From an uncultured Deinococcales bacterium (GTDB lineage Bacteria > Deinococcota > Deinococci > Deinococcales > JAAFIG01), in the NCBI GenBank assembly GCA_964244895.1, contig CAXTKV010000165.1, positions 1 through 12,058 on the forward strand: a DNA stretch of 12,058 nucleotides, in the 5' to 3' direction. A model generated the notes under the pieces. It saw only the letters and a program-made list of their open reading frames with translations, had not been told where the DNA came from and made no database searches. Positions 5,784 through 12,058 of this stretch are shown here, one piece after another (positions within the stretch are counted from its first letter, which is position 1; the number at the start of each line of letters is the position of its first letter). The position numbers were made by a program, and so were the translations under genes.

Positions 5784-8228
5784 CTACCTTGCTCGACGCC
5801 CGTGGCAGTGTTTAAACTTGCGGTCGCGCCCGCACGGACACATTTCGTTCGGCTCGATGCGGCCTCGCGGGCGCGATATCCGAACCTTTTCGACTCGCTC
5901 CGCGCCGATCTTCTCGGCGAGGCGTTCGAGCGCGGGCCGATTACCTAGGCCAATCTCGCTGACCAAAAGGAATTCCCAACCGACGACCTCTGTACTGTCG
6001 CGCCCGGGCCGGGCGCGGACGAACAGTACAGCGCGCGTCTCTTCCTCGCGCAAGAGCATGTCAGCCCGAGTTCGGTCGCGAAACTCGGCAATCTGCGCCG
6101 CACCGGCGCTAGGAGGGAGGCAGACGGTGGTGAGCGGCACGTCGCCCCCCGCCGCGAACGACACCACGCGGTCGTTTCCTGAAACCCGCAGAAGTACGTC
6201 ACGAAGGGCTTTGTCGAAGCCCTGCCGGTGCTCGAACGGGAGGTCGAGCATGAGACTGGCGAGGCGGGCAGCGTCCGCTCCTCCACTCGCCTCGAGTTTA
6301 TCGATCAGGTCGTCGAAGAACCCGTGGCGCGGCTGCTCGGGCCTGATCGCCCGTTCGGGGGTCGTCCCCTGCCGGGGATAAAACCTGTCAATCGCTCCCC
6401 GATACCCCGCCCACAACACGCGCGCGTGGGGTTCGAGGCTCTCGACCTCTTTTGCGTAGCGGTTGCTCTCGAGGTACATGCCTAGGTGGTCCAGTTCGTC
6501 CTCAGGCCGCGAGCGGTGGTCGAGTTCGGCTCGCATGCGTTGCTCCACGAAGTGGAGAAAGCGAAAGGGCGAGGAGAACACCTCCGCGTATACCAGCAAA
6601 TCGTCGAGTGAGAGCGGCCACGTCGGCACGCGACCGACCCCCGCGCCCACCGCCGCGAGTTCGACCGCGCGCGTGCCGATGGCCGAGAGGTTGTCGAGCG
6701 TGACCCCAACCACCGTGGCACGGCGGATGGTGCTCAAATCAATCGTGGTAATCGGGTTGTGATCGGCGTCGTGGAGTGTGATCGCACCCACGACACGAAG
6801 CTCGGCCAGGAACCGCTCCCCCTGCGAGGCGGGCGCGGCGATCAAGCGTTTCATGGAGGCCACGTGCTGATCGAAGGCCTCGACGGGCGACAGGTTGACG
6901 TACAGACCCGCCTTCACCTCCACGACAAAGAGGTGACCTGCATAGACCACAACGCCGTCGGTCTCCGACCACTCGCGTTTGCCAGTCGTGGGATTGTCGA
7001 ACTGGTAGTGGGCTGACCTGTGGATCGTCGCTCCAGGCAGCAGGCGCGAGAAGAGTTCGAGCGCGAATTCCTCGGTGGCTGCTGCTTGACGGTCCTTCCA
7101 GGTCTGGCCGTACCCCGGCCTCAATCGCTTCACGAGACGCTCGAGGTTGCGGTAGGTGCCGTCGAACAGGCTGACCTGGTCGAAGCAGTAGTGGCGCGCG
7201 CCAATCCGCAGAAAGGGCCGCTTGTGAATCGGGAGCTGCCGCAGCGGCCAGCCCGCGCGGTCGCCGGGCGCGAAAAACGTAGTGTCCTCGCCGGGACTCC
7301 AGGAGAGTTCGTCGAGGAGCGCGGCGGGAAGCCCCGTGACCGCGTCCACGTCGAAGGCGTCCAGACCGAACGTGCGACCAAGTGCCGATTCCCACTCGGC
7401 CCGCTTTCCAGACCGCTCCAGGAATTGCTCGAACGCCTCTCGGGGCGTCAGGTCTGGCGCGTCGGTCGAGGCCACCGTTCGGTCGCCGAGGTCCGCGACA
7501 AAGGCCCCTTGAAGCTCTTTGAGGCGGTTGAAGCCGTCCAGGACGCCGGACGCGAGGGACTCCTGCAACCGCTCCAGGCCGTCCGCGATCTCGTCAGCCC
7601 CGACCCCGAAAAGCTCTCGAAGAATTTCGTCATGCGGCAAAAGGAATCGCCGCAGCCTAGGCACCTCGTGAGCGAAGTAGCGCTCGCTCCGCACCGTGAG
7701 AAAGTGCATCTCCAGCGGGGTGCGAATCTGCTCCACGGCTTCGTCGAATTGCGGGTCGTTTAGGCGTCGGGCAGAAGTGGCGGCGATGAAGTACGGCAGT
7801 TGAAGCCAGTTGTAGAGCTCGCTCACCATCCCCCTGAGCATGTTCCAGTCGTCGCTGCTGGCCGTGCGTTGCGTTGGGGCTGGCGGGGTCGCACAAACGA
7901 CGCTCTGGACGTAGTCGAGCATCCGCAGCGTGATCAGGCTGTCGTATCCGAGTTCGTGTTCGGCCTCCTTGCCAATCGCGTCCGCGATGAACCAGCCGTG
8001 GCTTTGTTGGAGCAGGCCAAGCGGCTCGAACTGAGAAACGAGCGCCGCAAGTTCGGCGACGATCCGGTCCACCTCCTCGGTGATGGTCACCAACTGAGCT
8101 GCCCTCGTGGCGGTGGACGCCGCGAAGGACGCCTCGTCAACGTCACCTCGCTCCATGACTTTGATGAACTTGGGTGGCTGGGCTTGCTTGCGGCGAAGCC
8201 GACGCACCTTTTTTGCTCGAGATCCCAT
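5784..8228 (-). CDS. large protein with an internal PD-(D/E)xK (NERD-like) nuclease motif and a C-terminal SEC-C metal-binding motif
   Basis: Probable start ATG 8228 (MGSRAKK..., 814 aa) with AAAGGA upstream and a TATCAT -10 at 8258-8253. Motifs are TEEFALELF...SETDGVVVYAGHLFVVEVKAG and IEPNEMCPCGRDRKFKHCHG. The longer ORF-track start (8933) overlaps dnaE2 in another frame. Confidence 0.85.
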   Translation of the reverse strand: MGSRAKKVRRLRRKQAQPPKFIKVMERGDVDEASFAASTATRAAQLVTITEEVDRIVAELAALVSQFEPLGLLQQSHGWFIADAIGKEAEHELGYDSLITLRMLDYVQSVVCATPPAPTQRTASSDDWNMLRGMVSELYNWLQLPYFIAATSARRLNDPQFDEAVEQIRTPLEMHFLTVRSERYFAHEVPRLRRFLLPHDEILRELFGVGADEIADGLERLQESLASGVLDGFNRLKELQGAFVADLGDRTVASTDAPDLTPREAFEQFLERSGKRAEWESALGRTFGLDAFDVDAVTGLPAALLDELSWSPGEDTTFFAPGDRAGWPLRQLPIHKRPFLRIGARHYCFDQVSLFDGTYRNLERLVKRLRPGYGQTWKDRQAAATEEFALELFSRLLPGATIHRSAHYQFDNPTTGKREWSETDGVVVYAGHLFVVEVKAGLYVNLSPVEAFDQHVASMKRLIAAPASQGERFLAELRVVGAITLHDADHNPITTIDLSTIRRATVVGVTLDNLSAIGTRAVELAAVGAGVGRVPTWPLSLDDLLVYAEVFSSPFRFLHFVEQRMRAELDHRSRPEDELDHLGMYLESNRYAKEVESLEPHARVLWAGYRGAIDRFYPRQGTTPERAIRPEQPRHGFFDDLIDKLEASGGADAARLASLMLDLPFEHRQGFDKALRDVLLRVSGNDRVVSFAAGGDVPLTTVCLPPSAGAAQIAEFRDRTRADMLLREEETRAVLFVRARPGRDSTEVVGWEFLLVSEIGLGNRPALERLAEKIGAERVEKVRISRPRGRIEPNEMCPCGRDRKFKHCHGRRAR

Positions 8229-8410
8229 GTGGTCCGATCCTTTCAAGCGTCGATGATAGACGAGGGCGGGAATCAGAGCCATACGCCTTTTGATCCAACC
8301 CGGTTTAGAGGACGGGCTTCGCGCCAACCATTCGGCACAAGGGGAACCGCACCCGCCGCGCCGAGCGAAATTCGGGGTAAATGAGGTGCTTTTGGGGGGT
8401 CGTATAAGCG

Positions 8411-11400
8411 TCACCGCACGAAGTACGCCATCTCCGAGGTTTTCGCCCCCAGCGCTTCGAGCGGCATCACCCCCTCGACCACCATTGTCTTCCAGCCCCT
8501 CAGCCGCTGCACCCGCCCCTCGAGCACCAACGCCCTCGAGCGCAGGTCCGCCCGCAGCGCGTCCCACAACGCCGCGCGCACGATCCCCTGGCAGTGCCCG
8601 AACTCGTCCTCGAGGTACAAGAACACGAAGCCGCCCGCCGTCTCGGGGCGTTGTCGCGCGATCACCAGCCCCGCCACCGCGCAACGCAACCCATTGTTCA
8701 GGCGGTTCGTCGCGCGCACCCCCGCCCGCTCGAGCGATCCCCGCAGCAGCGAGATCGGGTGTATCTCGAAGCTCGTGCGTGTGGCAGTGAGGTTCCAGGC
8801 GACCAGTTCGTGATCGTCCAGCCCCTCGAGCAGGGCCAGGTCCTCGTCGGTGATCGCCGAGGTCTCGAACAGCGCCGCCTGTGCGCCCTCCCCGCGCGGC
8901 ACGCCCTTGCCCGTGAGCATCCCCAGCGCCCACAGCACCTCCCGTCTCGAGCCGAAGATCTCGAGTGCGCCAGCCCTTGCCAGCGCCTCGAGCGTGGTCA
9001 CAGGGACGGGCGCTCGTCGGTAGAGATCCTCGAGATCGCGGAAAGCGGCCCGTTCCCGCTCGAACACGACCGCCCGCGCCGCCGCCTCGCCCACGCCCTC
9101 GACCCCGCTCAGGGGCAAGCGAATCCCCAACACACCGTCCTGCCGCTCGAGCTTAAACTTCGCGTCGCTCGCCTCGAGGAGCGCGGGCAAGACCCCCACG
9201 CCGAGCCGCCTCGCCTCCTCGGTGATCGTCATGCGCGGGTACATCCCCGGTTCGTGCTCGAGCACGGCGGCGAGGAAGGCCGCCGGATACAAGGTTTTGA
9301 GGTAGGCCGTGTGGGCGGCGGTCGTGGCGAAGGCCACGCTGTGCGCCAGCGGGAAGCCGTAGCCCGAGAACCCGGAGATCGTCTCAAAGATCGTGGAGGC
9401 CGTCTCGAGCGAGAGGTCCGCGTGCGTCTCGAGCGCGCGACGCACGAACTCCCCGCGCATCCCCTCCATCTCCTGGCGGTCTCGAGCCTTGCTGACCAGC
9501 TTCCTGAAGCGGTCCGCCTCCTCGACCGACATCGCGCAGATCGCCTGGGCGGTCTCGATGGCCTGGTCCTGGAAGACCATCAAGCCGTAGGTCTGCCTCA
9601 AGACAGGCTCGAGGCTCGGGTGCGGGTAGGTCACGGCCTCCCGGCCCGAGCGCCGCTTGATATACGGGCGCACCGACATCGCCTGGATCGGCCCCGGACG
9701 GATCAGCGCCACCTGGGCCACCAGATCCAGGAAGCGGGTCGGCTGGAGCTGCGCCAAGAGCGCCTGCTGGGCTGGACTCTCGATCTGGAACAAGCCGATG
9801 ACCTGGCCGTCCTGGATGCCCGCGTAGATGCGCGGATCGTCGAGGTTCACGTCCTCGAGCCGCACGTCGATGCCCTCACCCTCGAGCAGCTCGAGCGTGG
9901 TTTGCAGCACGTCGAGCGCCAGCAGGCCGAGCAGGTCGAGCTTGATCAACCCGTTTGCTTCCGCCGTGCGTTTGTCGAGGAAGGTTTGCAAGGTCCCGTT
10001 GGCGCTCCTCCTGACGGCGCTGTGCTCAAAGATCGAGTCTCGAGCGAGCAGCATCCCGCCCGAGTGCAACCCGAGGTCTCGAGGGCAATCGTCCAATCGT
10101 TCCACCAAGCTCTGGAGCGTCTCGAGGAGCGGACTCGGGCCGACCGCCCCCTCGAGCGTGTCCCGGTGGCGGCGCACGGCGCTCGGGCGGGCGTGGTAGG
10201 GGAGATCGGCGGTCAGGCGACCGGCGTCCTCGTGCGACCAGCCCAGCACGCGGGCCGCGTCGCGCACCGCGCCCCGCAGGCCGTAGGTGTTGAAGTTCGC
10301 CGCCATCGCCGTTCGCCCCTCGAAGCGCTCCGTGACCCAGGCGATCAGCTCGTCGCGGCGTTCGCTCTGCACATCGATGTCGATGTCTGGGGCTTCCCGC
10401 CCGTCGGCGAAGCGACCGGGATTCAAAAAGCGCTCGAAGCGCAACCGGAATTGCAGCGGGTCCGCGTGGGCGATGCCGAGGGCGTAGACCACCACGCTCG
10501 AGGCGGCGCTGCCGCGCCCTGCCGTGCGGATGCCCATCTCTCGCGCGGCCTGGACGACCTCGTGAACCACGAGGAAGAACTCCGCCAGGCCGATCTCGCG
10601 GATGACCTCGAGTTCGCGCTCCATTAGTGCCAGCGCCTCGCGCCGTCGCGGTGGCGGGTAGCGGCGCTTCAGGCCCGCTCGAGCCAGCGCCTCGAGTTCG
10701 GCGTTCGGGTTCATCCCCGCTGGCAGGTTCGCCCGAGGGAACAAAACGCGACCGGGCAGCAAGTCCACGTGGCACTCGTGGGCGATCTCGAGGGCGGTCA
10801 GGAACGGCTGGTGGGTGCGGATGATCGCCTCGAGGTCCACGCGCGGTTTGAGCCAGGCCTCGCGCGACCACAGCCGCTCCTCGTGGTCGTCGTGGACGGT
10901 CAAGCGGTGTCTCGAGAGGATCAGGGCGTCGTAGCGGGCGGCGTCCTCGGGCACGGCGTAGCGGACATCGTTGCTGGCCACGGTTTTCAGCCCGGCGACC
11001 CGCGCCAGCCGCAGCAGGGTGGTGACCATCCGCGCCTCGCCCTCGCGGCGGTGGCTCGAGACCTCGATCAGCACCCGCCCCGGCGCGATCTCCGCGAGCG
11101 TCCTGACCCAGGTGAGCGCGCTCGAGGGCTGGTTGGCGAGCAGCAGGTGGCGTAACCGCCCCTCGCGCCCGCCGGTCAGCACGAAGACGTCGCTCGAGTC
11201 GTCGCGGAAGTCCTCGAGGGTGACGCGTTCGTCCTTGTGCTCGAAGCCCCTCGAGATCAGTCGGTTGATCGTGGCGAAGCCCGCCTGGTTCGCGGCCAGC
11301 AGCACCAGCGGGTGGCCCTCGAGGTTGAGTTCCGCCCCGATCACCGCATGCAATCCGAAGGCTCGAGCGGCGCTCTGGAGGGGCACACACCCGGCGACGC

Positions 11401-11539
11401 TCATGAAATCGGTGACGGCCACGGCCTCGTCGCCGTTCAGCAGGGCTTGTTTCACGAGCGCGTCGGGACTCGAGGCCCCGCGACGAAACGAGTACCAGCT
11501 TCGCGCGTGTAGGTGCGCGAAGCCCGAGGGTTCCCTCAT
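8411..11539 (-). CDS. dnaE2: DNA polymerase III alpha subunit, error-prone DnaE2 (ImuC) type
   Basis: PHP start FAHLHARSWYSF, GRGSAASSVVVYALGI, FERFL, catalytic PDIDID, HSGG, KLDLLGL, GLFQIES, YGFPLAHS and a C-terminal OB fold (VAGLVIARQRPETAGGFVFLYLEDEFG). It lies in a cassette with imuB-C. The start is ATG 11539 or TTG 11563, which overlaps the upstream stop. Confidence 0.95.
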   Translation of the reverse strand: MREPSGFAHLHARSWYSFRRGASSPDALVKQALLNGDEAVAVTDFMSVAGCVPLQSAARAFGLHAVIGAELNLEGHPLVLLAANQAGFATINRLISRGFEHKDERVTLEDFRDDSSDVFVLTGGREGRLRHLLLANQPSSALTWVRTLAEIAPGRVLIEVSSHRREGEARMVTTLLRLARVAGLKTVASNDVRYAVPEDAARYDALILSRHRLTVHDDHEERLWSREAWLKPRVDLEAIIRTHQPFLTALEIAHECHVDLLPGRVLFPRANLPAGMNPNAELEALARAGLKRRYPPPRRREALALMERELEVIREIGLAEFFLVVHEVVQAAREMGIRTAGRGSAASSVVVYALGIAHADPLQFRLRFERFLNPGRFADGREAPDIDIDVQSERRDELIAWVTERFEGRTAMAANFNTYGLRGAVRDAARVLGWSHEDAGRLTADLPYHARPSAVRRHRDTLEGAVGPSPLLETLQSLVERLDDCPRDLGLHSGGMLLARDSIFEHSAVRRSANGTLQTFLDKRTAEANGLIKLDLLGLLALDVLQTTLELLEGEGIDVRLEDVNLDDPRIYAGIQDGQVIGLFQIESPAQQALLAQLQPTRFLDLVAQVALIRPGPIQAMSVRPYIKRRSGREAVTYPHPSLEPVLRQTYGLMVFQDQAIETAQAICAMSVEEADRFRKLVSKARDRQEMEGMRGEFVRRALETHADLSLETASTIFETISGFSGYGFPLAHSVAFATTAAHTAYLKTLYPAAFLAAVLEHEPGMYPRMTITEEARRLGVGVLPALLEASDAKFKLERQDGVLGIRLPLSGVEGVGEAAARAVVFERERAAFRDLEDLYRRAPVPVTTLEALARAGALEIFGSRREVLWALGMLTGKGVPRGEGAQAALFETSAITDEDLALLEGLDDHELVAWNLTATRTSFEIHPISLLRGSLERAGVRATNRLNNGLRCAVAGLVIARQRPETAGGFVFLYLEDEFGHCQGIVRAALWDALRADLRSRALVLEGRVQRLRGWKTMVVEGVMPLEALGAKTSEMAYFVR

Positions 11540-11555
11540 GCCAGGGTCGGGCGGC

Positions 11556-11840
11556 TCAGTCAAACCAGCCCTCGACGAACCAGCCGCGATCCTCGAGCCT
11601 CCCACTCGAGCGCTGGAAGAGGCTGATCTCGCCGTGCTGCGTGCCGAGCACGAAGTACAGGCGCGACTCGCCCTCGAGATCGGGGTCGAGCCACCACTCG
11701 CCCCAGTAGCTCCAGACCTCGAGCGTCACCTTGGTGCGCCAGGTCTGGCCCCGGAACTTCACGGCAACCACCCACGGGCGACCGTCCTCGTCGGGCTCGA
11801 GCAGCACCTCGCAGCGCTCGGGCGTGTGGAGGGTCTTCAT
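11556..11840 (-). CDS. small ImuB C-terminal-domain-like protein (imuB-C; DUF6504-like)
   Basis: 94 aa with W..GEWW...ESRLYF....LF......WFVEGWFD, the pattern of the ImuB C-terminal domain. It sits directly upstream of dnaE2 with an ATGA overlap to the preceding gene. Confidence 0.8.
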   Translation of the reverse strand: MKTLHTPERCEVLLEPDEDGRPWVVAVKFRGQTWRTKVTLEVWSYWGEWWLDPDLEGESRLYFVLGTQHGEISLFQRSSGRLEDRGWFVEGWFD

Positions 11841-12058
11841 CGCTTCTTCCCCGCGCGTTTCGATGCAGCGTTCTTCGATCCTGGGCCTGTCGATCCCGCG
11901 CGCTTCGACCCGGTGTTCTTGGATGCCGTGGTGCTCGAGGCCTGGCGCTTGACCCGAGGCTCGAGGCCGTCGAGCGGCGTGAACTTGAAGCGCCGCTCCT
12001 TCAAGGGAAAGTCGGGGCGGACGATCTCGAGCCTGCCGATCCGGTCCGGGTAGTGCTG
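11837..12058 (-). CDS. 3' end of a probable Y-family polymerase-like ImuY/ImuB (partial)
   Basis: Open frame from the right edge to TGA 11839-11837: QHYPDRIGRLEIVRPDFPLKERRFKFTPLDG...SKRAGKKR*. The assignment rests mainly on its position before imuB-C and dnaE2. Confidence 0.6.
   Translation of the reverse strand, partial: QHYPDRIGRLEIVRPDFPLKERRFKFTPLDGLEPRVKRQASSTTASKNTGSKRAGSTGPGSKNAASKRAGKKR
11849..11938 (-). repeat. six degenerate 15-bp tandem repeats encoding S-x-x-x-(G/A) pentapeptides
   Basis: TCGAGCACCACGGCA TCCAAGAACACCGGG TCGAAGCGCGCGGGA TCGACAGGCCCAGGA TCGAAGAACGCTGCA TCGAAACGCGCGGGG. Confidence 0.7.

Noticed and set aside
5442..5948. 168-aa + strand ORF
   Set aside because: It starts in the repeat array, overlaps the SEC-C gene antisense and has no recognisable motif. 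5500-5720 could be a gene remnant, but I cannot support that.
5784..8228. secA call from the SEC-C motif
   Set aside because: No helicase/ATPase motifs; only the C-terminal metal-binding motif is shared.
8229..8933. N-terminal extension of the 1049-aa ORF
   Set aside because: It mostly overlaps dnaE2 in another frame and is G/R/A-rich noise. A better start with RBS and -10 exists at 8228.
137..12053. Many long antisense or alternate-frame ORFs (e.g. 568-1839, 8594-10627, 10026-11390, 10971-12053)
   Set aside because: These are shadow ORFs expected in high-GC DNA, overlapping well-supported genes.

Overview
GC-rich segment that looks like a plasmid or secondary replicon of a Deinococcota-type host. 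This is inferred from an imuY / imuB-C / dnaE2 gene arrangement, two leaderless-type promoters (TAnnnT 6 nt before the start codon) and the recombinase and ParB styles. From left to right: (1) the end of an unknown CDS; (2) a three-gene + strand unit encoding a putative DNA-binding protein, an EExxH zincin-like protein and a small basic protein; (3) a Xer-like tyrosine recombinase divergent from an N-terminally truncated ParB, with two perfect palindromes between them; (4) a ~470-bp low-GC non-coding region that folds back on itself over ~350 nt; (5) a type Ib-like parA plus small partner gene, with two 8-bp-period repeat arrays; (6) a large, apparently imported PD-(D/E)xK + SEC-C gene; (7) an error-prone DnaE2 mutagenesis cassette. 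The palindrome CTCGAG is about 20-fold over-represented (~82 copies by manual count) and is nearly absent from the SEC-C gene. The most promising unexplained items are the fold-back element, the recombinase / truncated-ParB / double-palindrome module, the CTCGAG iteration and the SEC-C nuclease. All family calls come from motif recognition by eye; no searches were run.
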